Origin: Octopus vulgaris
Taxonomy: Eukaryota
Length of the DNA stretch: 64,000 nucleotides
Assembly: GCA_951406725.2 (NCBI GenBank)
Contig: OX597825.1
Span: 64,418,001 to 64,482,000, forward strand
Direction: 5' to 3'
A model generated the notes under the pieces. That model saw only the letters and a list, made by a program, of their open reading frames with translations. It did no database searches and was not told the origin of the DNA. This document shows, piece by piece, positions 1 through 13,820 of this stretch (within the stretch, counting starts at the first letter, position 1; each line of letters starts with the position of its first letter). The position numbers and the translations under genes are program-made.

Positions 1-851
1 TGTGACTGCGTAAGAGTAAACCATACAGGGTGATGGAAAAGCCGCAAAAGTATGCTCAGACGTTTCCATCTGTCAGAAAGGAGCGACTGTGTTACCTACA
101 CGTGCCAATGTGCACTTGAAGCAACCATCATGCGTCTTCGTTTACACGGGGCACAAGTGGTCGGACGATCTTGGGGCATCTTCTTATAAGTTTCTGTCCA
201 GTCCATTATATATTTTTAAATCATAATCGAGCAGGTAGCCCATACCTGTTATATTACTGGGTCTTTAATTTCCCACTGGGAAAGATTTCCAATGCAAATA
301 TAATCCGACTGCTATACACAATTACTTAATACTTGAAATTTCATTCTTGTTTCCCCCAGTTAAACTAAAATGCTACTTCTCATATTATAATTTAATCAGA
401 TATTTCACATAGTTTATTTCGACATGTATTATTTCTTACTGGTTCCCATATCTGTAGAAGATATTTAGCGATTCCCAAAGCTCGTCAGATATGTATTTAA
501 TATCCAATATAGGAACATCTGGCTTGATGAGTGAAAATAAGAATGATTTAATATATACTTTGTTACAAGATGCTCCAGTTCTCCATTGAAACACATATGC
601 ATACATGAAACGGAGAATGGTGTATATATCAACATATGAACTGTTAGAGTGTGCAAGTACGTTCTTCTGTAATCATGTATATATACATGTACTAATGTAC
701 AGAGACAGACACACGTACACTCAGACGCTCGCACGGACGCATATACACACACACGCGCGCATACACACAGATATAGATGTAGATAATGCTTTGGATATAG
801 CTATGGAGATCAGTATATGAAGGAATGCATATGTGTGCAGAAGTATGTATG

Positions 852-915
<64 letters not shown>

Positions 916-1646
916 TATGTATGTTATATTATTTCGTATTATATATGATATACTACAAATAAACACACTCGTGATATACAAACATGTATGCGCAGAAAGA
1001 TACATGTGTGTATATGCAAATATATATATAGAGAGGGGGAGGAGAGAGGGAGGGGGAGAGAGGATGGGAGAGAGAACGAAGGGAGAGAGGATACGTATAG
1101 AAAACAGGAAGGGTGCGCTAAAGTGTGAATTAATGTGTTGGAGAATATGGAAGAATAGAATCTCATCACAATTATTTGAACTAAGTCTCAGCTTTGATAT
1201 ATGATACGTGCTCTTCTATAATAATGGTCTTTGTTACAAAGACTAACAAGCAATGACAAAGAAACAAAATACTACGTATGTTGAACTTATGTAAAGCAAG
1301 TTTTGCACACATTATAAGACAATATTCGTACAAGACATGACTATACATAAAGTTTGGCTAACCGTTGTTGTCTGCATAAAACACGACTGACTAACACACA
1401 TTGGGTATGTGCGTGAACAACTGACATATTTTAGTCGATGTGGACGGGGGGAAAAACTGGGGCTGGTTAAAGAGTGAAATGAAATGAATCGTAATGAATA
1501 GAGCACTGACAAAACTTGTGTGATTGTGTGAATAAATAGAAATTATAAAGAACGCAAAAGTATCACAAAAGATGTGTTATAGAGATAGAACTTGAAAGCA
1601 TGTGTGCACAGTCATTTAGGATGCACACGCACACACACACACACAC

Positions 1647-2047
1647 GCTGTGTGGTAAGTAGCTTGCTAACCAACCACATGGTTCCGGGTTCAGTTCCAC
1701 TACGTGGCATCTTGGGCAAGTGTCTTCTGCTATAGCCCCGGGCTGACCAATGCCTTGTGAGTGGATTTGGTAGACGGAAACTGAAAGAAGACCGTCGTAT
1801 ATATGTACATATATATATGTATGTGTGTGTATATGTTTGTCTGTGTTTGTCTGTGTTTGTCCCTCTAGCATTGCTTGACAACCGCTGCTGGTGTGTTTAC
1901 GTCCCCGTCACTTAGCGGTTCGGCAAAAGTCCGATAGAATAAGTACTAGGCTTACAAAGAATAAGTCCTGGGGTCGATTTGCTCGACTAAAGGCGGTGAT
2001 CCAGCATGGTCACAGCCAAATGACTGAAACAAGTAAAAGAGTAAAAG
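1647..2047 (+). mobile_element. tRNA-derived SINE, family A (CORE-like central domain)
   Basis: A-box-like GCTGTGTGGTAAG, B-box-like GGTTCAGTTCC, CORE-like TCTTGGGCAAGTGTCTT, internal (TA/TG)n, tail GACTGAAACAAGTAAAAGAGTAAAAG. Near-identical copies at 52561 (+), 48538 (-) and 55103 (-). Confidence 0.9.
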
Positions 2048-2090
<43 letters not shown>

Positions 2091-2103
2091 GTATATATAT
2101 ACC

Positions 2104-2139
<36 letters not shown>

Positions 2140-2140
<1 letters not shown>

Positions 2141-2508
2141 TAGCAGTATCGCCCGGCGTTGCTCGGGTTTGTAAGGGAAATAACTATAAAGCATTTTTAG
2201 AGAGTTATAGCCAAAAAATAGCAAAAAAATGGGGGAAAAAATTATGGTAAATTTTTTTTTGATAGTTAAAAAGGTCGAGTTGCGTCCCCTAGACTATCTG
2301 TGGTTTGTGTTTCTGATTGTCGACCCCATGTCGAATTTATCGATCTTTTTCAGAACTGGGGGAACTTTTCAAAATTTTCGCTGCGTTAGTTTTGAATTAT
2401 GACATTGGGCTATGGGTGTGTCAAGTTTCATCAGAATCGGTTGAAAGCCGTGGTCAGGGTGAGGGTACAAGCAAACAGACACACAGAAACACGCACAGAC
2501 AAACTGCC

Positions 2509-2515
<7 letters not shown>
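2140..2515 (-). mobile_element. non-autonomous Helitron-like element inserted in (TA)n
   Basis: The minus-strand 3' end reads CCCGAGCAACGCCGGG (GC hairpin) then CGATACTGCTAGT, i.e. hairpin plus CTAG terminus. The 5' end (TATAAACGGCAG) merges into (TA)n. No TSD is visible. Confidence 0.7.
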
Positions 2516-2571
<56 letters not shown>

Positions 2572-2575
<4 letters not shown>

Positions 2576-2659
2576 CTTTTACTCTTTTACTTGTTTCAGT
2601 CATTTGGCTGTGACCATGCTGGAGCACCGCCTTTAGTCGAGCAAATCGACCCCAGGACT

Positions 2660-2660
<1 letters not shown>
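2572..2660 (-). repeat. inverted copy of the 3' end of the adjacent family A SINE
   Basis: Reverse complement of about 1963-2050, sharing the variants GGTCACAGCC and the AAAAGGGTAT junction. Confidence 0.85.
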
Positions 2661-2738
<78 letters not shown>

Positions 2739-2765
2739 GTCTATATATATGTGTATATATATATA

Positions 2766-2820
2766 TACTCTTTTACTTGTTTCAGTCATTTGACTGTGAC
2801 CATGCTGGAGCACCGCCTAT
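2766..2820 (-). repeat. second inverted family A SINE tail fragment
   Basis: ACTCTTTTACTTGTTTCAGTCATTTGACTGTGACCATGCTGGAGCACCGCCT matches about 2581-2632. Confidence 0.8.
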
Positions 2821-2868
2821 TTTCGATGTTGTTGTTGTTGTTGTTATTATTATTATTATTATTATTAA

Positions 2869-2929
<61 letters not shown>

Positions 2930-3160
2930 TGGGCAACTGCCTGGAATCGAACTTGGAATCTTGGAGTTAGTAGCCCGCGCTCTTTACCACTACGCCATAT
3001 GCCCGTTGGCATATCGCGTAGTGGTTTACCTGATGAAAGCTGGAGGGTATATCAGCGAAATGTTGGGTTAACAACAAACGAAATGAGGGCAAATATCCGT
3101 CAAATGTAAATAATGTAAATAATTTACATAATTCCTCATCTCTCAAAATATAGAACTGTT
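2821..3160. mobile_element. tRNA-headed, hammerhead-containing short retroelement (head-to-head inverted pair)
   Basis: Minus-strand tRNA-like head (GGCGTAGTGGT...GTTCGATTCC) plus (AAT)n. Palindromic junction ACCACTACGCCATATGCC-CGTT-GGCATATCGCGTAGTGGT. Then plus-strand CTGATGA...GAAA and a (TGTAAATAA)n tail. Homologous to 3391-3790 and 49711-50038. Confidence 0.75.
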
Positions 3161-3348
3161 TGTATGTATAACTCTGGGTACATTAGAAGTAACATCTCAT
3201 TTGTTCTGTTAGACTTTGGACCTGGTTGACGTTTTTCTCCTGCGAAAAGAACCCAAGCAAGTCACATTGGTGAGGTTCTTAAACTCATTAAGTAACCGCT
3301 TGGTAGCTTGGTATACATCCATACATACATGCATACGTACACACACAT

Positions 3349-3790
<442 letters not shown>

Positions 3791-4268
3791 TTATACACAC
3801 AAAGTTCCATGGAATTATGGGGGTTTTAGGAATTTTGAGTAATGAAGATCATTTTGTGCCATTTCACAAATTTTCCTCAGATTTCTTAGATGGGGACACT
3901 GTAAGGCTGAGAAAAAGCAACGCCTATGGTACTCCTGGTCATAATGGCTGCAACTTGTAGGTGTAACAAAAGTGGAGCGTTTATTGCAATAGGCATTGAA
4001 AGTATTACCCATTGTAGAGGTAGAAGAAAATGTACCATCTTGTAGGGCTGAGAGAAGGCAGAGCACGTTGTGGAGCCGGGATAAAGCGACGCATATTCAA
4101 TGAGTGGGAGAAGGGGCACATACTGCAGGGCTAGCCTAGGATGATGTCTTCTCTGATACAGGTCCAAATTCCGTTGACTACAAAATAGACATTTATTTCT
4201 TCCATTTCATTCATTCCCCAGTAATGTACGATAGAAGATTGTCTATTGAAACCATGTATATAACAAAT

Positions 4269-4900
4269 GTGAAGGCGCGTGGAAAAGTGGTTAGGGTATT
4301 CGGCTAACGATCAGTAGGTAGTGATTTCAATTCCCAGCGACGCGCTGCATCTTTGAGCAAGACTCTTTATTTCACGTTGCTCAAGTCCATTCAGATGGAA
4401 TGAATGAGTGGTACCTGTAATTCAAAGGACAGCCTTATCACGCTCTGTTTCCCACTGCATCTCTCTGAGAACTACGTTAAGGGTACACGTGTCTGTGGAG
4501 CACTCAACCACATTCACGTTAATTTCACGGGCTGGCTGTTCCGCGGATCGGATCAACCGGAAACCCAGTCATCGTAACCGAATGTGAAGGCGCGTAGCTA
4601 AGTGGTTAGGATATTCGGCTAACGATCGCTAGATATTGATTTCAATTCCCGGCGACGTGCTGTATCCTTGAGCAAGACACTTTATTTCACGTTGATCCAG
4701 TCCACTCAGGTGGAAAGAACGAGTCGCACCTGTAATTCAAAAGGCAGCCTTGTCACGCTCTGTGTCATACTGCATCTCTCTGAGAACTACGTTAAGGGTA
4801 CACGTGTCTGTGGAGCACTCAGCCATATTCACGTTAATTTCACGGGCTGGCTGTTCCGCGGATCGGATCAACGGGAAACCCAGTCATCGTAACCGTCAAG
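4269..4900 (+). mobile_element. head-to-tail dimer of tRNA-derived SINE family C
   Basis: Two ~310 bp units each start GTGAAGGCGCGT and contain AGTGGTTAGG, TTCAATTCCC and TTGAGCAAGACACTTT. The pair is flanked by the 11-bp direct repeat ATATAACAAAT (4258-4268, 4901-4911). Confidence 0.85.
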
Positions 4901-5453
4901 ATATAACAAATATATTAACCTCAGATAACCATTGAATAAAACTGCGATATCATCAAAAACAGAATGTTACTTCAAAATAATACAATAGGCTGGATCTAAT
5001 ATCTGTAATAATTTAGCATTATAAGATTAGCATTTGTTATGAAAGTGATACCACTGCAAAAAGAAGAATATGGAAGGATATAGCACAGCGATATTAAACG
5101 TGGTTTGAGCTGTTATATTGATGCTGTGCGCATTGCCCTTGAGAAATTAAACTTAATTTGTTGTTAGAAGTATGTTGCTTCTCAACTGCTTACAAGACAT
5201 TTATTATATTTATAACACGAAATAGATAATGAAATATTCCACCACAAAATTAGTATTTTATTTGATAATGCAAGTCAAAGAACGCAATATGGAAAACGTT
5301 ATAACAGTCAGTTTTAATATGACATGATATAATCATGTAAATATATATATATATAAATATAAATGTGTGTATATGTTTATATATATATGTATATATATGT
5401 GTGTGTGTGTGTATACATGTATGTATGCATGTACAGATATGTGTATATATATG

Positions 5454-5497
<44 letters not shown>

Positions 5498-5574
5498 ATG
5501 TGTAGAGACGTAGACAGATATATGTACGTATATGCATACGCATATATGCTTATAGCTGTATATCTATATTTCTC

Positions 5575-5660
<86 letters not shown>

Positions 5661-5960
5661 CTATATTCATATTCATATGTATGTGAGTGTGTACGCGCGC
5701 GTGGGGATGGATGTCTGTGTGTTTGTATGTGTGTGTGTGCACGTGAGTTTGTACATATTCTTTAGTTAAATGTAAATATACATAACTGTGTCTCTGTAAG
5801 GATTTATATTGTGCAACCTTATTTCTCTCAATGTCGGTATATATATGTATATATATATATATATGTATGTTGTATGTATATAGAAGTATATATATATATA
5901 TATACATATATGTATATCTATCTATTTATCTATCTACATACCTATCTATCTTTCTATCTA

Positions 5961-6014
<54 letters not shown>

Positions 6015-7389
6015 ATATATATTTATGTATATACATTTATATACAAATATACATATACATATGCATATCTATCCATCCATCAATCTATATACATGTGTGT
6101 ACATATGTATAGATGTATGTATATTTGGAGATAGGAGCGTAGTGGCAAATTTAAATTAGAATGCTACCAATTCTGTCACGGTGTGTAACGTAATTAAACT
6201 TCCTGTCATCTTTATTACACAGTTTCTTCGTATCTGACAGGTCTTCGTTCATGGCCGTCTTGTTATAGCTGTCTTCCATTTTGTTTTTAAATATTTTAGT
6301 GAACGTAACATAACGTTAATGATTATAATGAGATTTGATATGAAAAAAAAAATAGCGGGGAAGATGTAGCTGGTGTCGTGAAATATATCAAATAGATCGT
6401 TTCCTTGCTTAGAGTTTTCTACATAAGTATAGTTATTAGTGTAATTGTTGCAATATGATCTGTTGTGTCCGTCTGCCTTGGCTACCACACATATTTCCAT
6501 TTTATTTTTATGCAATTTAAGCAGCTGTTTTCATGACAATTCACACATATGCATTTATATACGTACATTCATGAACGCCTAAACGAACACTTCCTTAAAC
6601 ATTAACATGCTATAAAGACCATACATTCTCTCCCAACCATGGACTCACGCATGTGTGATGTCCAATAAAATGCAATTTGTGACCCGTTTGTCACGCTGTT
6701 ACACGAAAGAAAACAACAACAAGTTTTGAGTGGTAATGAGTGATTGTCAGAGACGCTAAGTGCTGGTAAACTGAGGTAAAAGGATTTACTCTGAAAGCAG
6801 TGGTATTTCAATCAAAATAAAACTGTAAGTTTTTATCATAATTGTATTTATTAATTTCTTACGCACATATATAGTTAAGAAATTTAATTTTATATTATAC
6901 ATTTCAAAATATCATCGTTCACATACCATATATATGTATTCCCTACTTGCCCCTGGTTTCTTCTTCCAAACAAAGTGTAACTTATTTCACGTCGAAAATG
7001 AAGCTTTGTGGATGTAGAGTTTTTTGAAGGATGTAAAAAAACATGCACTCGGGCGCACACAGACTCTTTCTCACGCATGCACACACACGCATACACTCAC
7101 ATACATATATGCATACATATACACACGTGCAGACAGACATACAGTGACACTCATACATATATAGGTGTGAGTTTGAATCTATGCATGTATGTACGTACGC
7201 AATGCTGTTTAAATTGCTGACATAGATTTGAAATTTGCGTGCTCAACTGTCGAAGAAATCAGTGATCATTTGTTTACAGATATCTATATTGAAACGAATA
7301 TTACTTCTTCGCTGGCGGTTCTGGATGTTTTCATTCCATATTCAGAATACTCGGTATTGTTCGACATTTAGTAATCTAAATAAGCTCAA

Positions 7390-7810
7390 TAAATCCCATT
7401 CGATGTTGACTCCACCAAATATTAGTGACGTCTGTCATTCATTCTTCGTCCGCAATAAATAGACGACCTAGTAAAATGGGTTTTAGCTCTCCGAAGTGAC
7501 GATAGTCAGCAAGGATGAGATCAGAAACGTATGTTGGATCTTCCAGTAATACGGAATCTAGTTTGTCAATCTTTTTAATTGTGTGGGAGCCCGCATATGG
7601 ACGTGAGTTGTTGTGACCTCAATTCTCCTCAAAATTTAGTGCGAATTTGTGCAAATCCCAAACTACTGAATTCTAAGCCCTGAAAAACTGAAGGAGCGCT
7701 GCAATAAGTGTGTGAGTCTGAGAGAGCATATGTTGGATAAAATCTCAATTAACTTATCTTCCATTATTTTCTTTTAAACAAAGTCAGGAACTTTTCAGTA
7801 CCCCTTCGTA
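7390..7810 (-). mobile_element. degenerate, internally deleted mariner transposon
   Basis: TIR-like TACGAAGGGGTACTGAAAAGTTCCTG at the minus-strand start. Translations HNNSRPY (cf. HDNARPH) and LLEDPTYVSDLILADYRHFGELKPILLGRLFIADEE (cf. HPPYSPDLAPSDYHLF..LK..L.G.RF..DEE). Confidence 0.7.
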
Positions 7811-8549
7811 AATACATTGTAAATATTCTTCTAATCTAATGTTAACAATTATTATATTGAAGTAAAATAACCGATATGCCGTGCGGTAGAAGTGAAATCA
7901 AATATATCGGGTAGATATATGTCTTCGAATACAGACGTAGCATAAAGTATATTAGTCTTTTCACGAGAGAATTATCATTGTTGATGCTTAAAAAGACATC
8001 TTTCAAAGAATAACATCACTTGGATTTCATTTTTTATCCAGACAATCAGAGTGCGTATATACAGTGTGGAACGAAACGGGGATGGGGGGATATCAGATGG
8101 TATTTATCTTCATTATCATCATCATCCTCATCATCATCATCATCATCACCATTATTACTATCGTCATCGTCGTCGTTGTTCTTCAGTGAAATTCGGCAAA
8201 CGGAAATATATCAGATATATTAAAGATCATGAAGAACAGAGAACAAAGAATGTCTAATCGCGTATTTTTACATCTTTGATTTTGTCGATAGTCTCAAAAG
8301 ATATCAGTATTATCCCCAATGAATACTTTCTGAACGAATCTGTATTTATCTAAATAAGAAATAAATATTTAATTACGCCTCCATTTATGTATATATCTAT
8401 AGGTGTCCTTGTAAGTGCATATGTACTTGTGTCTCCACACACACAAATATAAATATCTGCATATACCTATACATAAGTGTATATATATATATATATGAAA
8501 AAACAAGTCAAAAATAGAAAATGCTAAAATAATTTTATAGTGAACATTT

Positions 8550-8587
8550 CAGTACCGGTTTCGGTCATTTTGAGACCTTTTCAACTG
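8550..8587 (-). ncRNA. minimal hammerhead-like motif in pLTR with variant core UUGAAAA
   Basis: Minus strand reads CAG-TTGAAAA-GGTC TCAAAAT GACC-GAAA-CCGG-TA-CTG: stem I, stem II, GAAA, palindromic stem III and a GUA triplet. A mutated second copy lies at 10247-10284 (+). Confidence 0.6.
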
Positions 8588-8777
8588 TAACGATTAAATA
8601 ATTAAATTTAGAAAAATTAGAAGAAAAGTTTTTTTAAAGGAATATTTCTATAGTAGTGTTCAGATATAAGTGGCATTCTGCCTTTCTCTGACTCCCTTGT
8701 TTGCACTTGTGTGTTCGAGGTCGTTGTGAGTTCTTGGTAGGGTAGTAGAGGAAGAGGGCTGTTGAGGAAAGGGGGGT

Positions 8778-9518
8778 GATACCCTAATCACCAGGAACTA
8801 TCCACCTTCACTTATTGACAAGTGCATTCAACGTGCCCTTCAACTTAACATCAAGGAACTGAGACATCCCAAATCCAAGAAAAACTTACAACCAAAAGCC
8901 TTACCATACATCTCCACACACAACCCTCTCAATAACGAAGCCTTCGACACCATCCTCCACAACATACCCCTCCTAAAAAAAGACCACAGAATGAACACAA
9001 TCCTCCAAACACACACGATCATAAAAAGCAAAAGACAGCCTAGATCCATGAAAAGTCTCCTTACACAAGCCCGAATTCACTCTTCAACACAGAAGCCGAC
9101 AGTAAAAAAATGTGGAAGACCCAATTGCGGGATATGCGACTATCTTATTGAGGGATCAGAGTTCTCCTTCAAACAGGGACAATGGTTTACAGTGAAAAGC
9201 AACTTCACATGTGCTTCGGAGAACCTAATATACTCACTAACCTGCTCCGGGTGTCAAGAGCAGTACATAGGCCAAACAAAAAATGGTTTGCGTAAACGAA
9301 TGGCCCTGCACAGATCCCAGATAAAAATTCCCCAAAACAGAAAAATAGCTTTTAGCCAACACATAGATACTTGCGCCAACAAAAAAACACCAAACTTCAG
9401 AATTTTCCCCCTCTACCAATTTAGGGACGATACAACCTCGAGACAACGAATAAGTAAAGAAAATCTCTTTATTACAAAATACAAGCCACTTCTTAACGGG
9501 TCTACGACAAACAATTAA
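8778..9518 (+). pseudogene. PLE RT C-terminus/linker plus GIY-YIG endonuclease (open frame, 5'-truncated)
   Basis: In-frame DTLITRNYPPSLIDKCIQRA...LPYISTHNP...KRQPRSMKSLL...CGRPNCGIC...FTCASENLIYSLTCSGCQEQYIGQTKNGLRKRMALH, matching the PLE Cys-rich linker and GIY-YIG signature. The frame is open upstream of the listed ATG at 8991. Confidence 0.9.
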
Positions 9519-9649
9519 TATACCTCAACTTTAGAATAAAAGAAAAATATATATATACACACACAAATATTACACTCCATAGAATCCATTACTAATCAGC
9601 CCCTTCATAGCTATATTTACACCCATTCATATTCTCCCTTCTCTGTTTT

Positions 9650-9905
9650 TTTTTCTTCTTCTTCTTCTTCCTCTTCTTCTTCATCATCATCATTATCATC
9701 ATCATCGTCGTCATCATCATCACCACCATCATCACCACCATCTTCTCCTTCTCCTCCTTCTTCTTCTTCTTCTTCTTCTTCATCATCATCATTATCATCA
9801 TCATCGTCGTCATAATCATCACCACCATCACCATGATCGTCATCTTCTCCTTCTCCTTCTCCTTCTCCTTCTTCTTCCTCTTCTTCTTCTTCTTCTTCTA
9901 CTTCT
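9650..9905. repeat. compound (TTC)n/(TCA)n microsatellite with a duplicated block, inside the PLE 3' region
   Basis: The block CATCATCATCATTATCATCATCATCGTCGTCAT...CACCACCATCA occurs twice. Confidence 0.85.
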
Positions 9906-10371
9906 CCACCCCCTACCCATTAACTTTGTCACTAATGTTTTTTAGTATAACACCTACGCTAATTCTATAAACAAGCCTGTCAATATAAATATTCTCCTGA
10001 ATTGAACTGAGACTGCCAGCCGCCACTGACCATTCAAAATACGACCAGATTCTCCCACCCACCTTTCCTCACCAGCCCTCTTCCTCTACTACCCTACCAA
10101 GAACTCACAACGACCTCGAACACACAAGTGCAAACAAGGGAGTCAGAGAAAGGCAGAATGCCACTTATATCTGAACACTACTATAGAAATATTCCTTTAA
10201 AAAACCTTTTCTTCTAATTTTTCTAAATTTAATTATTTAATCGTTATAGTTGAAAAGGTCTCAAAATGACCGAAACCGCTACTGAAATGTTCACTATAAA
10301 ATTATTTTAGCATTTTCTATTTTTGACTTGTTTTTTCATATATATCAACTCGTGTGTTCCTTTTCACCCTT

Positions 10372-10453
<82 letters not shown>

Positions 10454-10480
10454 ATGTATATCTTATGTATATGTGTGTGC

Positions 10481-10543
<63 letters not shown>

Positions 10544-10644
10544 CATACATGCACATATACATATATGTATGTGTGTGTGTATGCATGCATATGTATATAT
10601 ATTTCTATGATTACATCTGTTGCAATACCGGCGGCGGAGGTAGA

Positions 10645-10870
<226 letters not shown>

Positions 10871-11029
10871 AGTTACAATCCTATAGTCTGGAGATAGGAA
10901 GTAAGTCTTGGAAACATATACCGACACCATTGGCAAATCAAGTCTCCTACCTTATATCCGGCAGCGAAAGGGACGTGTGGAGATGCAAAAGGAGTAGATC
11001 ATATTTATCTTCATCGGCATGATGGGTAT

Positions 11030-11215
11030 ATAAGAAAATAGGAAAACAAAAACAAATTTCGATTGAACGTATACAGTGAGAATATTAGACTGACGTTTTG
11101 TGAAAGTTTGGAGAGTTTTACGATAGGAGTGGAAATGATGTTTCGAGCTTGGTTCTTCGTCGGAAAGGGGAAAAAAGCCGCCACCAGGAGGTAGGATCAG
11201 ATAACCCGAGAAAAG
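11030..11215 (-). mobile_element. solo pLTR-like repeat with hammerhead variant core CCGACGA
   Basis: Minus strand TTT-CCGACGA-AGAACCAAGCTC-GAAAC-ATC at 11133-11168; diverged relative of 51890-52065. Confidence 0.5.
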
Positions 11216-11251
11216 CATGTGCGTCGTTATATCACTGAATGATTCATACCT

Positions 11252-11303
<52 letters not shown>

Positions 11304-11344
11304 GTGTGTGTGTGTATATATGTATATATATATATATATGTATG

Positions 11345-11445
<101 letters not shown>

Positions 11446-13693
11446 TCATACATATACACATATACTTGCATATATATGTGTGTATATACATATATTAAGG
11501 CGGCGTGCTGGCAGAAATGTTAGCACGTAGTGCGCGTGTTTATTTGGCAAAGAAAGAAACGACGTCCTTGAAATATAACAATGACGGCCATTTTTGTTTT
11601 TCCGAAAAAAACTTTTTGTGGGACTAGCTGATTTGATGCAGTAAAGGCATATAGATTAGGAGAGACGGATAGAACAAATAGACTTTCATAGAGAGTGTAT
11701 TTAGGATTGAAATAGTTTGATCAGACAATTATTTTTCACGATAGTAGTTGTAGAAATTTCTGCGAGGATTGAACTATCGGTTAAAAAATGTACTGACGAC
11801 TCATGAGTAGATATTTATGTTTTAAATTACAATTGTTGATGGCATATTTTTGTTGTTGCTAATACAACGTACGCGTTTCACAAATTTTCACCTTTTTGCA
11901 ACTTTATTTTCCAATCATTAACATTGTACTCCACCAAAATTCAAAACTAGTAGAAAAAAAAAATTAGTTTCATATTTAATTGAGTTGTTTTTGCAATTCT
12001 GATTGCAGGTTAATATAGAAATAAAACTGGTTTAACTGGAAATTACCTCGGCAAAAAGATTATGCAATTCTTATAATTTCCTTAATAACCATATCCCATA
12101 ATTCCTAACAAGAATGTATAACTCTTAATTTATAGTGACAGAATCGGTTCATGAAACTGCGTCTTATAACATATTTGTAACCGATCACTAATACTAATCC
12201 TTTCCTACAATACAGCAGCTGACGTTACTTGAAAATGTGAAGAATAATTATTTTCAGTATTGAAGATAACACCTTCACTCCAGTTATTTATCATTATGAA
12301 TATTTATCATGATTTAGATATATTTTCAAATGCACTTGTGTGCTTTGATTTTGATTGTTTTTAAATAATTTTTCTCTTCAATATTTATGTTGTTATCACA
12401 TTTCTAATAATATTTGTCGTTATAATATTGACAAACCAGCAACAATCTTTATTCGAAGGCTTTTACATGCTCAACCGACTCGCTTTAGAAATATCTATAC
12501 CTAAACCTCGTTCTATTATTCTCTATGTTCTCCAAGGTCGTATAAATTTGTAATGAGCCACTGGAGTGTTGTATGTTTCGGTTGAACGTTTTTGTGCAGC
12601 ATGACATAAGTTAGAAATATTTCAGACTTGAGAGGAAACACCGAATAGATCTTGGATATAGTCCAACAGGATCTAGAAAACGCTAGCAGAAAGCCGTATA
12701 TCAAACCTAAACGACAATTAAGTCTCTTAACAAATATTAATGACGTCAAAACATCTAAAAAGTTTACTGAATTTATATGCTCGATTTAACTGTGCTTTAT
12801 GTTTGATATAAATATTACATGAATCTGAAGTAACTGTTAACTCTAGATGGTGCCACTATTCATATTTGTTTATGCATTTCGGAACTCCCATAGTTATATA
12901 ATCTTATCAGGTTCGTACAAAATGTCATCTGTTTTCTATTGATGTTAGAATTGTTGAACGTGTAAAAGTTTAGGTGTGTAATATTACAAGAACATTTCAC
13001 TGAAAGATTTCAGATCAAAGCACCAAAGAGAATCAATGTAGAGGAAGAATTGTTATAACATTGAGTGATAACAATTTACTGCGCTTCTTGTTTCCAAGAA
13101 TTAAATTTACAGTGAAATACACAGCAAACATCAGGCCGACATATCGAATTAAAGATAAGGCAGAAACATTTCAATGCACAGTGATAATGTAACAGCATAG
13201 CAATGCATTCGTAAGAAATGTATTTATTCATCGAATAACGATTACTTCACAATGCTTCAGTGTACTTAAGGCGATTGTATAGTTAGGTTTCCTGCTGAAG
13301 GGCAGATCAAACCTTATACAAACAGACGGCAATACGAGAGATAGAGAAGCACGTTAACTTCTTTATTGCTCGTAAGATATATGTCTGCATAAGCGTAGAG
13401 CCTTTAATTGTTATGCAAAAGGAAATATAAGATTTTGATGTTCACGCTATTTTCAATGTCACTATAGAAAGTAAATGAAGCTAAAAGGATGAAACTGCGA
13501 TTAGGTATTTCACATTCACTGTATTCCGCTGTCCAGTTGCTTACGAAATAATAATGTTTGTCAAAGATAACATGGCTACAGTTTGAAGTTTTATTGTTTC
13601 ACATACAGACTTACGAGATGCCTATTAAATAGATTGATAAACAGCAGATGGAAAGATCAGCATTTTAAATCTCGGTACTTCCCTCACTTATTA

Positions 13694-13820
<127 letters not shown>

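Larger units (their letters stand above)
8497..10372 (+). mobile_element. 5'-truncated Penelope-like retroelement (PLE) with inverted pLTR
   Basis: GIY-YIG ORF, plus 8497-8778 being the near-perfect reverse complement of 10056-10337. Inserted in (TA)n; the pLTR carries an HHR-like motif. Confidence 0.9.

Noticed and set aside
100-200. EDAPRS-RP-like Tc1/mariner N-terminal motif on the minus strand
   Set aside because: Needs a frameshift and has no further supporting motif within the window.
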